Positions 1-13,258 of a stretch of 64,000 nucleotides of DNA are shown here, piece after piece. Under the pieces are notes generated by a model. It saw nothing but the letters and a program-made list of their open reading frames with translations. It had not been told where the DNA came from and did no database searches. The translations under genes were made by a program, and so were the position numbers. Position 1 is the first letter of the stretch, and every line of letters begins with the position of its first letter. Source of the DNA: Cenococcum geophilum. Lineage: Eukaryota. The DNA lies in the NCBI GenBank assembly GCA_050273025.1, contig CP158635.1, positions 30,690,001 through 30,754,000 on the forward strand, read 5' to 3'.

Positions 1-25
1 GGTGACGCGCTCCGGCGCCATTACA
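1..25. mobile_element. Terminal fragment of an LTR inserted into Gypsy A1 (rest lies left of the window)
   Basis: GC-rich stretch ending in TTACA. From position 26 the sequence aligns with the RT/RNaseH region of copy A3 (~51826 onward), whereas 1-25 does not. Confidence 0.5.
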
Positions 26-3000
26 CCTAGTTAGTAGATTTTAAGGATTAGCTCTTAGGCAAATAGCTCCTTAAGTTCCTTAAATAACTTCTCTTATTTA
101 TCTCCCTATGCCTATAGTTCCTCCTTCTTTATAAGCCTGGTAAACGGTTTAATATTCTTTAACTATTGTGCTATAAACCTCTTATAGTAGTTACAAAATC
201 CTAAAAATAACCTTAACTATATTACATTCTCTAGTTTTTACTAACTTACTATAGCTTTAATCTTCTTTAGGTCTATACTAATATAACCTAGTTTAATAAT
301 AAATTTAACGAAATCGGTCTTCCTTATAAAGAACTCGTATTCCTTAATTACTACTAGCATCTATTCCTCTTATAGTCTCTTTAAGACCTATTTAATATAT
401 TCCCTATATTCTTTCCTAGTTATTAAGTAAATAATAATATTGTTAAGGTATACTATAATAAACTTATTAAGGTGTTCTCCTAATATACTATTAATTCTTT
501 TTTAAAATATTATTAGTGCATTTATTAACCCAAATTATATTACCAATAGTTTATATAGCCCTTCTCTTAACCTAAAAGCTGCCTTCTATTTATTGCCTTC
601 CTTAATTCTAATTTAATAGTATACCTATCTTAGATCTATCTTTATAAAGATTTACGCGTTACCTATTTAATCTTAAATTTCGCTAATTAAGGGTAAAGAA
701 TATCTATCCTTTTAAGTGATGCTATTTAACTATCTATAGTCAATACATAGCCTAAGTTTTCCGTTCGTCTTTAGTACGAATAATACTAGATAACCTACCG
801 ATAACTATAATAGTCTAATATATCCCTTTTATAAGTTCTCCTAAATAAACTCTTTAAGTACTCTAAACTCTTCTTTAGTAAGCTTATAGGTTAGAAAGAA
901 CCTTAGACTTATTCCTAGTTCTAACTCTATTTTATAATCCTATACTACGTATTCTACTAGCTTTTAACTTTCTAGGCTCTATAGCTTCTTTCCATATTTA
1001 TAGTATCTCTTTAGTATATAACTTAAGCCTTACTTAGTCTCTTCGTATATCACTCTAACTTAGTACTATACTAACTTAGTTTACTATCGTATCTTATAGT
1101 ATTAAGTATCTCTAATATTAACCTATCCTGTAATCTAATTAATCTTTAGGTTATATTCCTATAATTAAGACATTCTTAGTGCTACATTATCTCGTCCTAA
1201 TAGTAGGATATTAAAAAACATCTTAATTCATCTTCCTTTAATACTTATTTAAATAGGTCCTATTTTAAGGTTAATAATCTCTCCTCTATAGGCTATTAAA
1301 TCTCCTAAAATTATAACTAATAGGTAAGGTTGCTCCTTTTATCTATAAGGTAATCTTATTCTTTTAACTACTACTAGTAAGATATAGTTCCGCGTTACTC
1401 TACTATCTATTAGTGCCTTAAACTGTTAATCTTACTAATTAACTTATAAATTTAGGTATTATTCTTAAATTCCTTTAAGGGTTTAAGGCTTTACTACTGG
1501 CTTCCTCTAGTCCCGTAGGCCTCTACTTTTCCTAACTATTAGCTGTTTAATCCTATCGCACTTAGCTCGTTCTTCGGCTAATACTTAGTTTGCTTTTTAT
1601 CTTTAATATACTATAAATATATATATTTTAGGTATTTCTACTACTATTATTTGTCTAAGCATTTTTCCGTAAGAAATCTTCCTAGTTAAAGTATTAAGTC
1701 TCCTAACTCTTAAACTTCTATTAGATGCTAGCTATATATATACTTAGTATTTCTATACTATTGCTTATCTAGCGCCTAATATATCCTTATAGGGTATTTC
1801 CGGTTCTTTTCTTTTGGATTTTTATGCATTTTATATATATTATTTATATATACAATCTATAATAGCGTGTAGTATACTAGGTGCTTTAGGTTAACTCTTA
1901 ACTTATCTTTATCCTTAAGTTTAAACCTTTACCATATTAATTTAAACGTTGCGACTTTATTTATAGGTACTAAGATACGTCTCTCGCTTCTTTAGTCCTC
2001 TAATTATTCCTCTAGATCCTTTAATATTATAATTAAGGCTCCTTTAATATAAGTTATAGCCTTTTTTATAATTAGGTAGTTCTAGATAACTTATTTATCT
2101 AACTATATATAAAAATCTTCCTACTTTTTATTATATCGTTACCTATACCACTTTTAGTACAGCTATTAGAGTATATACGGCTTATCCTTAAGGAAGTATC
2201 TTTTTATTACTATATCGTAACAGCCCTATATATATTGTTCCTTAAACCTAATAGGGATTCCTAAATCCTCTTCGTTTTCTAATTTAGTAAGCCACTTAGC
2301 TCTTAGTATGCCTGCCCTAGGCCTATTAGTAATTCTTTATATAGGTACTTTATCCCTTATACAACCTAATATACTAGATCTCTTATCTAGTTTCTATTCT
2401 TGCTATATGATAATTTTTTATCTAAACTCCTCTATAGTTTCTTTTAGTTTACGTCTTATAGATAGATCCTTAAAGTCCTTTTACTTCTTAATTATAATAT
2501 TAGTTTTTTAATCTTATTACTAAGTCTTACTCGCAATTTCCTTAATAGTCCTTATTCTATTACTAAAATCTTAGTCCTATAGAATTCTTAATCCTAAGCT
2601 TGCTTCTTTCTTAAACTTAGCTCCTGCCTTAGTCTAACTAGGCTTTTATAGTATTTTTATCTCGTCTTAAGAGTCTTAAATCTTACTTATCTTATCTTAA
2701 AAGTCTTATATCCTTAGGAAACTTCGTCCTAAGCTTATTTATATATTACTAAACTAAGCCATTACTCTGCTCTATCGGTTATTATCTATTATAGGTCCTT
2801 AAGCTTGCCTTATCTTATCTTAAAAATCTTAGTTATCTCTTATCTCTTCTTAAAATTCTTAAGTTTTTAGCCTTTTACCTTTATTAAGTGCTAAAGTAGT
2901 TTACTATCCTACTTCTCTTATATCTTATAAAGTGATAGATATTATATCTAATAGGGTCTTAATCCCTACTAATGTTCCCTATTCTATAGTGGGATTATCC

Positions 3001-4849
3001 TCTACTTTTTATATAACTTCTTTAAGGTTTATATACTCCTAGTAAGCTACCTTTATTACCTTATTATTACGGAATATTTCGCCTATATTAAATTTATCGT
3101 CCTTAATATCCGATCTATAAACTAGTTCGTTAGTTCCTTTAAACTTTAGTAATTTTAGCTCCTATAGCTAATAGCTTATACTATACTTAGCGTCTTTATA
3201 AATTTAGTATGCGTTATTATAACAAAACGCAAAACTTTTAATTAAATATTCTTTTATTCCTTATAGTATATTATTATCCCTCTATATATATATATCTTCT
3301 ACTAGTCTTATCCCTTTTACTACGTAGTAACTTTACTTACTTCTATAGTCTTTAATATAGTAACCCTATTTTCCGTAATTTATATAAGCTCCTTCTTTAA
3401 ACTATTTTTCTTACTATAGAGTCCGCCTAAACGTCTTCTATTACTAAGATCCCTGGTTTAGCCACTACTTCTTAAACCTTTAATTACCTAATCCTTATTC
3501 TCTAAGTTTCTATAATTTCTTATTTTATTTTTTAAATTCTTTAGTACTACTTAGGTTTATTAGCTCTGCGCTATACTATAGTTTTTAACTTTAACTTTAT
3601 TGCTACGTGCCCTACGTCTTATATAACTATAGAACTCTATCCTAACCCTTTTTAGCCTACTCTCTTTAATAAATCCTATTATTAATCTTAATTACTTAAT
3701 TAATTAAATCTTTAAGAGTATCCACATCTTCTATTAGGATAATTGCGTCCTAGACTTTCGCCTTAAGTCCCTATTTATATTGTGCTATAAGCGCCTTATT
3801 ATTCTATTTAACTTACGTTACTAATATTTAAAACTATATCGTATTGTACTTAATTACTGAAGTTCTTTATACTAGGTTTTAAAGCTTTTTTTTTACCATA
3901 ATAGTTACCTCTATTTCTCTAAATATTTATATTAATTATTCCGCAAACCCGTTCTAACTTAAGAATATATACTATACCTCCTAGTTAGCGGTTGTTATAC
4001 TATATTCTTATACCTCCATAAGGTAAGATTTAAACTACTTAAGTACCCTTCCCGTTAAGAATAATCCTACGTAAGCGACTTAATCTATAGGCGTTTCTAG
4101 TTTAACCCCTTCCTATATAACCTTAAAGTGTATTTATATAAGGAATCCTTTAAGCTTCGATTTCTCTTCTAAGAATTGTTTAATTAAGGGTAACTTAACC
4201 TTAGCTGCACTAATCCCTCCGATCCTTTCTTTAAGTATCCTATTATTATCTATTAATCAATTAACTATTTCCTATAGCTGTCTAACGGTAACTAGCTAAG
4301 AGTTAGTATCTTCTACTATACTAGTGTCGTTACCTAATCTTAATATAGTTGCTGCCGTTAATAGCGTTATGGCTACTATTTTTAGTAGTATGTTATTTAA
4401 CTTCTTTTACTATAACCTTAGTAGTAAATATATAATAAAGCCTTATAGTAGGAACTATGGTGGACTTGTTAATAGGCTAGGTATATAGGTATAGAATAGT
4501 TAACAACGTAAATATAACTAGTGGAGTGGTTACCTAACAGATTAACTCTAATTATATTTTAAGATTTACTACAAAAAAGAGAACTATCTAGGTAGGGACT
4601 GTAGTCCTTTAAATATATAACTATACTCCTAAGAAATCCCCTTTATACGTAAGATACGTATTATACATATTATACGTACGTTCCCTTTATATACTGCGTA
4701 TACTGCGTATAACGTTATATAACCTTAGTTACCATTCCTTATTATATAGCTCTATCGGCTCTATTCTAGACCGTGTCTAAATTAACTAACTAGCTTCTTC
4801 CGACTCTTCTCTAAGTAGTTATAATATTATATTTAAAGCGTTCGTAATA
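26..4849 (-). mobile_element. Ty3/Gypsy family A copy A1 (5' LTR, extended gag, protease, most of RT), RIP-inactivated
   Basis: Collinear with A3 (51826-56731). Minus strand gives RIPped RT motifs (YSLPLISE ~680-705, VYLNNI for YLDD ~437-455). Gag start is at ~4391. Confidence 0.92.
4431..4849 (-). repeat. 5' LTR of A1 (~419 bp)
   Basis: Homologous to LTRs at 19998-20419, 48806-49229, 56308-56731 and 62956-63379. Ends TATAA...TAATA are RIPped TGTAA...TAACA. Confidence 0.88.
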
Positions 4850-5164
4850 TACGCGTCTTTTTATTAACAACACTATTTATCTTATCTTTTAGCAGACTAT
4901 TTTTACTATATCTTAGCTTTTAGCTTCCGTATCTTTAGCTATTCTTTTATAACTACTCTATTCTCTTCTTATAACACGCCTATAAGTAATAAAATTTCTA
5001 TTTTATTTCCGTTAATAATACTAACTTTCTATAGTATTCTTTTATAATAGCTTATAGTTATACTATACGTCCCTAGACCGGCGGCGGTATTATTTTAGTA
5101 CCATCTTAAACTACCTTAATTACTCTTACGGTAATCTCTCTAAAGTGCTACTATTATTACGTTT

Positions 5165-5377
5165 TGTTATAGCTTGTATAAATACTTCTAAACCAAACCT
5201 TATAGCATGCTATATTACGAAGATACTAAGCTAAGGAGAAGGAAAAAAGGGGGTTACTAGAACTGATGTAAATAAATATATAGGGTGAGTTGCTAAGACG
5301 CTAGCTCTGGGCGAGCTAATTGCAGGTTAGCAGAATATGGCAGAATTTGGCAGGTAATGTGCGATAGCGCTATTATA
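5165..5377 (-). repeat. 3' LTR of F
   Basis: Direct repeat of 11142-11354, adjacent to the PPT. Confidence 0.93.
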
Positions 5378-8300
5378 TTACCTCCCTCTTTAAAAGAAAG
5401 CCTGCCCTTAGGCTTAGTTAGAGATAAAGTATTACTAGGCTTATAAAAACGTAAGATTACAGAATATAAGATAAGGAGGAAAAGGGGATATAAGTGCGTT
5501 CAGACTAATTACAAAAGGCAATTATAGGTTAAGTGGAAGCGCTAGGCTAAGAAGAGTAGCCGCTAAAAGTTTTGGCATAGATCTAACTAATCAGATAACT
5601 TTAACCGGTGGTTAAAGTTCTTAAATATTTAAAGTTTTACGGTACTAGCAGAAAACGGTAGAATATAGTAGAATTTGGCAAATAGCTATATTAGGGCTTT
5701 AGGGCGTTCTTATCCTTATGCTTCTCTAGTAACCTATTATCTTTATTATACTAATATTCTATCTACTTATCTAGGTACTTTAGGGGTTTAAATATATTAG
5801 GGTATTAGTTATAAAACTCTTTAAGCTTCTAGGGGCAGCCTATAAAGTTCTATATAGGGTACTAGGTTAGGTCTAAGTTATAGCCCTTCTATTAAATATA
5901 GTATTTTAATATTCTCTATACTCTCTTATAGGCCAGTATTTTGTTAACTTTCTATTTGTTATTACTATTTGCTTAAATTAGTAAGGGAGACTCGTTCTTT
6001 TATCTGGGTAATAGGTTGTTTATAGCTTTCTATAGCTTATCTAGTAAGAAAATAGGGTGCACCCTAATTAAATCTAGGAGCTTTATTTTGTATAAGTTGC
6101 CTATCTTCTTAAGGACCTTATATAGCCCTGCTATTTAGTAGTCTAGCTTATAGCTAGGTTATTTAGTCTTTTAATTCCTTTTTATAACCTAGACTATATT
6201 GCTAGGGGCAAAGTTAGGCTCTTAATAGTGTTTGTTTACCTATTATTCTATTAATCTTTAGGTTTTTCCTAGGTTCTTATAGGCTACTATTTAGGCTTCC
6301 TTTAAGTGCTTGGCGTACTATTAGGCCTTACTATAGGATAGCTTTTCTTATATAGTCTAGGGTTTTTCTAGCCTTTTTTAGTTAAAGCTTATACGGGGTA
6401 AGTATCCTATTTCTAGCTAAATTAGGGTAAACCCTATAGAGTTATGGGGTAGGGTTACTTGGGCGTAGTTTATTAAAGGTAGCAGTTTAGACTAGTTGTC
6501 CTAGAAGTAGTTAATAAAGGGCCTAAGCCTCTAGTTTAGGTACTAATTTATAATCTCCATCTAACCGTCTATTTAGGGGTAGTAAGCTATAAAAAGCTTT
6601 AGCTTAATACCTAGGATTTGGGTAAACTTATTTTAAAAGGCTAATATAAACTATAGCTTATAATTAGATATAATAATATCTAGTGGTCCGTAAATTTAGT
6701 AAATATAGTAGATATATAGTTGGGCTGCCTCTTTAGTATTAATGTTTTTATAACAGGGAATTAAAAACAGGCGTTTGCTAAAACGGTTAACTATAACTAT
6801 AACTATATCGTATCTATTACAGTCTATAGGTAGTTTATAAAAGTCTATAAAGATATACTACTAAGGGCGCTTTAGTATTAAGAGTGGCTTAAGTAGTCCT
6901 AGGGTTTTATCTTGTAAGGTTATAGCTTTTTAGTAGTCCTCGCAGTTCTATATATATTAATTAATATCTACAACTACTCTTAGCTAGTAGTAGCGGTAGT
7001 TAATAATTTTATAGGTCTTATTCTTGCTAGGGTATACTATAGAGACTTAGTAATAAGCTTTGCGGATTAGTTCTATTTATAGATTGTTAATATTAGGGAC
7101 TATAAGCCGCTCCTAGTATAAGAGCAATCCTTCCTCTATCTTAAAATTGGGGTCTCCTTTTATAGCTTAATCGCGAAGGGCCCTTAGGGCGTCAGCTATG
7201 TAGTTTGTAGTTAGGAGGTGGTTAATTAGTCTTATTAGCTTATCTAAGGACTCCTTTATTAGTGCTAGCTTATTTTACTAAAAGTCTAGCTCCTTAAGGA
7301 TCTGTAGGTTAAGCTATTCTAAATAAAAGAGGGCGTGCGTCTAATATTAGGTCTTTAGCTTATTCTAGGGTTCTACATCTTATTCTCTTTAGGTTAGGGT
7401 ATTAGCCTTAGAGTTTTACTTATTAGAACAATATATAATTATAAAAAAGAATTAGAAGAGTATTTTAGCTTACTAGGCTTATTGTTTAGTAAGCTATTTT
7501 ATAGTTATTAAGTACTTTAGGGCTTTATAATCTATATATATCTTAATTTAGGAGTTTATACCTTTAAGCTTTATACGCTATTAAGAGAGTAATTAAATAA
7601 CAGCTAGTATTTCTTTATTATATACTTTATAGTTATACTTAACTAGGTCTATTATCTTTAAGAAGAAAGTAATAGGGTACTATTCGCTATTTAGATATAA
7701 CTATAATAGGATTCCTACTACGACCCTATTAGAGGCGTCCATTTCTAGTATTAATTTAAAACCAGGGTTATAGTAATAAAGAATTAGGAAAGAAATAAGC
7801 CGATTTTTTTTATCTCTTTAAAGGCTTTTATATAGCTATTATTAAAGATAAAAGGCATGTTCTTCCTAGTTAGTTATATAAGAGGTTTTACTATAATTCC
7901 GTAGTTATAAATAAATTAGTAGTAGAAGTTATAAAAGCTAAGAAAGGATTGGATTCCTTTTACTATATAAGGGGGCTTCTAGTTACGGATTGCCTTTACC
8001 TTCTTAGGGTTAACCTTAATTTCTTTTATAGTTATAATAAACCCAAGGTATTTTATACGTTTTACCCTAAACTTATATTTCTTAATATTAACTTATAAGC
8101 CTGTGTTCTATAGTCTCTCTAAGACCTTAATATAAACTTAATACTTAAGTTCGTTGTCCAAGTATATAAGAATATTATTTAGGTATACCGTGTAGAATTC
8201 GTTAAGGTAATTAAAAAGAATGTTATTTATATACCTTTAGTATATAGCCAGTCCGTTTATTAGTCTAAAAAGAAAAACTTTATATTTATAAGAACTATAA

Positions 8301-11141
8301 TAGGTACGGAACGTTGTTAAATCTTTAGATATAGGGTTTATTCTAATTTAGTAGAAAGCTTAGCGGATATTAAGTTTAGTAAAAATCTTTACCTAGCTTA
8401 GATATATAAGGGTCTCGTTAATTAAAGAAATAGGATACTGGTTCTTTTAAGTAATAGCGTTTAGCTTTTAATAGTTAATATAAAAATAAAGGCCTTTATT
8501 AGGCTTTTTTATAAATAAAATAGGGGAAGTAAAAGGGACTTAACTTAGCTCGATAAACCCTTTATCTAGGTTATTAATTAAGTACTACTTTATTACTTTT
8601 AGCTTATCTATTAATTAATAGTAGAGGGGGCTATAGCCTAGCAAGTTATTAGCTTTTAATTAAATTTTGTAATTATATATTTAGTAAGGGGGTAACTTAT
8701 CTAAGGCCGCTTTTAAAAACATATCCTTATAATCTATATAAATAGTAAAAAGGAGGCGTTTAACTAGTTTCTTATTAGTTTTCTTAGCTAGCCCTTTCTC
8801 TCTATTATTAATAATTTAGTTAATTTTATATAGGCTTATTATAAAGACCTTATTATCCTTTTAGTATATATTAAAGTAGAACGCTATAGCGCTAATTACA
8901 GTAATATTTACGGTAGGGGGGTTGCCTAATAATAGAGGCGTATATAACTTTAGGGACTTCTAGAGTACTAGCGTTATTATTACTCTTTTTAGCTCCTATT
9001 GCATCTTTTAGAAGTCCTCCCTTATATCTTATTAATGCGTTCTTTTCCATACTAGTTAAATCTACGCGATTTAAATATTGTCTACGTTACTATCTGTCCT
9101 GCTTTTATATATAGAGTCTCCTTTAAATATAGCGCTTTAGGAGAGTATCTTTATTAGTATAGAGTTCTTTTTAGCTTCGTAGCAGGCGCTTTTTTTAGGT
9201 AAAGGCTAGGTTACGGGCCTAGATATTCTACTAGTAGGTAGGGTTAGCCCTTACGGTTAGTGTTTTATGGTTAGTTTAGATCTCCCTAATAAAGGAGGGT
9301 AACCTTAGTCTATCCTCTAGTTAGACAAACTGTCTTTATTATATATTTAACTAAATATTAAAATAGGATATTTATTTTTATCTAAGGATTATATTATAGG
9401 ACCCTAGGCCTAAAATGCAAAAGGGGATACCGTATTAGCGTTATCTATTCAGAGCGATATATAACTTTAAGATATAGGTAATAGGCTAACCGGTTTGTCC
9501 ATTGTAGCCTTTTACCTAGATAGGCTTCTTTAGTTAGATGGCTTCTGTATTTAAAAACTTGGTAATATTATTTATATAGGTAGTATTTATAAAGGCGAAG
9601 CTATTTATTCTAGTGTTAATAAGGGCGGTTATATTAACTATATATTTATTTTAAGATACTATATATAAAACTATAAAATGCTTTCTACCCATTAACTAAC
9701 TAAGATTAATCTCTTTAAGATTAATAGGGTACCCTAGGGGGGAGTCTTTCCCTAGGGTTCTTTTTTTCCCGACTTATTAGACGTTTCTCCTTTCTCTATC
9801 TCCTTAATATTGCCTATATCCTTTAGCTCCGGGCAGGACAAGATAAAGTAACCCTCTTTATTGCAGTTATAGCACGTAGCCAAGGTAGGGTTAATTAGAG
9901 TATTGTAATAAGTACTAGTTAATAGCGTAGTACATAGCCAGTTAGACGAGGCTTACTAGTATATAGTTATAACCGCTTTTAGTATAAGAGCAGTTATAAC
10001 TTATCTTTCTACTTTAGCTCCTATAGGTAAAGCTAGTAAGTTCTAATTATTACGGAGTTGCTTTTACTAATTAGGGCGGGCGTTAATCTGCTTTAGTTTT
10101 AAGTCTAATAATAGGTAATAAGCTGCAAGTTTATTATAGGTTAGTAGGTTATCTAGGGTTATAGCAATCTTTTCTTATAGCTAGATTATTAGCTTATTAC
10201 ATAGGTCTAATTAGTAGTTCTTAAGGGAAACCTAACCTTCTCCTATAAGGTATAGAAATTAAGTTTAAAATTTAGCAAATAGTTAGTTTGGTTTTATTAT
10301 TAGGCGATTATAGTTATAACGGGCATCCTGTACTTTGTTTAGGTTAATATAAATAGCCACTAAGTACCGTATTATCTCGTTAATAGATATAAATTGGATA
10401 GGGGATTGTCCTTAAACTTAGCTTAAAGGTACTGCTAGGCGTCCCTAGTGGTTTAACTAAAGAGGTAGAGTATTTTAGCTTCTTTAGAAAGGAAATAGTT
10501 ATAGTTAATATAGAGCTTTCCTTATACTCAAATCCTCTAATTCTTAAAAGTAGGGTCTATCCCGTTAGATAGTAGTTAGGGGTTAAGGAGCTTAACGGAC
10601 TTTAATTACTTTATTATTATATCCGTACTCTTTAATATATTATATTTAGTAGAGTAAATAGGTTAACTAGGGCTTTAGGAAGGAGAAGCTAGGCTATTTT
10701 ATAGGGCTATAAAGCTTTCTAGGATCTCTTATAAGGTCTCTTATATATTTCTTACTTTAAGATAATTAGCTTTTTAGCTAGCCGTAAGGGCACAAATCTG
10801 CTTACGTACGTCTATAATATTATTATTGTTTTTAATTCCTAATCCTAATTAGATCTTGGGTTCCTCTTAAATAAGGGCAGCTTTTTTAAATAAGCTTACT
10901 TTAGGTGCTATTATTAGCTTTTTAGGGTTTATTAGTATTATACGCTTTAATTTTAATTCCAGGGGTATAGGTCTAGTCCTATTTAGCTTATAAGGTAGGA
11001 TATTATTTAGGCCTTCCTAGGTAGTATAGAGTTGTTTTAGTATCTAAGTATAGCGCGTTAATGCGTTATTGTAGTCGAAGTTTCTTTTAGGTAGGATATT
11101 ATTAAGGCCTTCCTAGGTAGGGTAGAGTAAGCTTAATATAA

Positions 11142-11354
11142 TGTTATGGCTTATATAAATGCTTCTAAACTAAAGCTTGTAGAATACTATATTACAAAGA
11201 TACTAAGCTAAGGAAAAGGAAAAAAGGGGGTCGCTAAAACCGATGTAAATAAATATATAAGGTGAGTTGCTAAGGCGCTAGCTCTGGGCGAGCTAATTAT
11301 AGGTTAGTAAAATATAGCAGAATTTAGCAGATAATATGAGACAGCGCTGTTATA
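11142..11354 (-). repeat. 5' LTR of F
   Basis: Direct repeat of 5165-5377. Confidence 0.93.
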
Positions 11355-13096
11355 TATTTACGCGCTTACGCTAAACTTATCCTACACCTTACTTTAGTAA
11401 AAACAAATCTAAGTATTCCTATTACCATAGTAGGAGAAAGACCTATATTCTAATATTTTCTATTTTATTTTATTCTAAATTTCACTAATTATATTAAATC
11501 CCTGCTATTTATATATATAAGACTTATAAGCTCTATCGCGCTATTTGGGATTTCCGCCTATATTTAAATAGTAATAAATAGGGACAAAAGGTATCTGCCG
11601 TTGCTTATAGGCTCTTTAATTTAATAAGGGTTTTTACTGCTATAGAGACGTAATAATCTTAGATATATAGTGTCTAAGAGCGTATATGCAAGCAGCTTAC
11701 CCTTATAAATAATAACATTTGCACTCTTATACGGGCCTTTCTAGCTAGGTAAGTTTCTCTAGTAATATATTTAGTAACTATCCTAATTCTCTTAGCTAAC
11801 GGCTTTTAGATCCCTGTTTAAATACTAATTTAAAGCCTAAAGATACTAAGAATAGTAATAAAAGTCTAGATAAACGTTCTCCTTGCTAGTTTTCCGCCCG
11901 TACTAGTCCTTCTAGTTCCTATTATTTTAAGAAGAATATTAGTAGAAGTGCTAATACTTCTAGGGATAGAGGTGCCGATAATACCGTTAATAATAACGTT
12001 AAGATAGAAGAGGAGGCTCTTATTGCTGCTACTGGTATTTAAGTTATTATCTAGTTCTTTCCTTCTTTTTATAAGATAGCTTTATATAGTGCTTCTTAGG
12101 TGCCTTTAAGATGCCCTATTATTAGGAATTAACTTTATACTTTAGGGATGCCTTTATTTTAAGCTTTGGTAACAATTTTATATAAAGGTAGTATGCTGCT
12201 ATAATTTCCATATATAATAAACGGGTAGTGTTTCTTATAGGTGCTTTATAATTTCTTAAAAATTTCAGTTCTTTATAGGCTGTCCTTTTACTCCTCTTTG
12301 TACTATTAACTCTACTATATATCTCCAGTGCTAGACTAGATACTCTCCTTTTATTCCTAGGGGGTCCTTCTAAATCCCTAAGACCTTTTCTTATACTGCT
12401 ACTACTTATTCTTAAATAGCGTCCCTAGTAGTTCTCCTATAGATCCTATAGGCTTCCCCTTAAGGATCCCTATTATAATAGCGAAACGTTTTTATTTTTA
12501 ATACCTATACTTAACCTTATAGTTTTAATTTATAGGGTCTTCCCTATTATCTTATCTATAGTATATTTAGAACTATTACCAAATCTTTACCTTTAGTTCT
12601 TAGGAAGGTTTTAATTGCTATATTATATCCTAACTAAAGGTACTCCTTAGGTTCCTAACTATTATACGCCTAAAAGTATCCTTCTTAACAAATTAAAAAT
12701 TCGCACTTCTTCTAGCGCTATCTTTAGTCTAAAATATCTTCTATATTCCATTCTAGTTCCCTATTAATTTTACTAGATAGTAGTAGTTCTGTACTATCTC
12801 TTCTTTAATATAGCTTTAGTAAGGAAACATAAAATATAGAATATATATAAGGGCGCAAAGAGACTTTAGGGAAGATTTAAAGGAATAATATAAATTCTAT
12901 CTAAATTTAAGGGTATATAGCTCTCGCTAAGAACAAGACGTTGCGTAAAGAAGAGAACGGAATAACAAGAGAATTATATAATTAAATAGTTAGGGGCTTA
13001 GTAGTTAATACGTGCGTATATATACACGCGGTCTTTAACGGACTTTAGTAAAATTTAATTAATCTAGCAGAATTTAGCAGAAGTTAATTAAGCTAG

Positions 13097-13258
13097 TGTA
13101 ACGGCTCGAACTATCGAACAAATATCTCAATAGAGACTTAAATAAATGCTTGCAAGATTAAGCGAACGAATGCTATATTACGAAGATATTAAGCTAAGGA
13201 GCAAGAGAAGGTGGTGAGGCCACGTCTATATACATATGCCAAGTCCTAAGCGAATCCC
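13097..13258 (-). repeat. Truncated LTR of an F-related family
   Basis: Starts TGTAAC and shares TGCTATATTACGAAGATAYTAAGCTAAGGAG with F LTRs. Its right side is fused to B2 sequence with no TSD. Confidence 0.65.

Larger units (their letters stand above)
5165..11354 (-). mobile_element. Full-length Ty3/Gypsy chromovirus family F, RIP-inactivated
   Basis: 213-bp LTRs at 5165-5377 and 11142-11354. TSD is CGTTT (5160-5164) / TATTT (11355-11359), differing by RIP transitions. Polypurine tract at 5378-5392. Minus strand gives zinc knuckle TCYNCNKEGYF (~9850-9880), RT YLNNIL (~8170-8190), RNaseH, integrase and chromodomain (~5790-5960). Confidence 0.95.
4850..13096 (-). mobile_element. Old degraded probable LTR-retrotransposon remnant 'G' (4850-5164 and 11360-13096), host of element F
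   Basis: The two parts are joined by F's TSD. An LTR-like segment at ~12910-13096 shares CAAGACGTTGCGTAA and GCAGAATTT repeats with the family E LTR. Gag- and protease-like similarity on the minus strand is weak only. Confidence 0.45.

Noticed and set aside
2308..2511. 67-aa hydrophobic ORF resembling a membrane peptide
   Set aside because: It is antisense to the RIPped gag extension of A1, and its hydrophobicity reflects AT bias.
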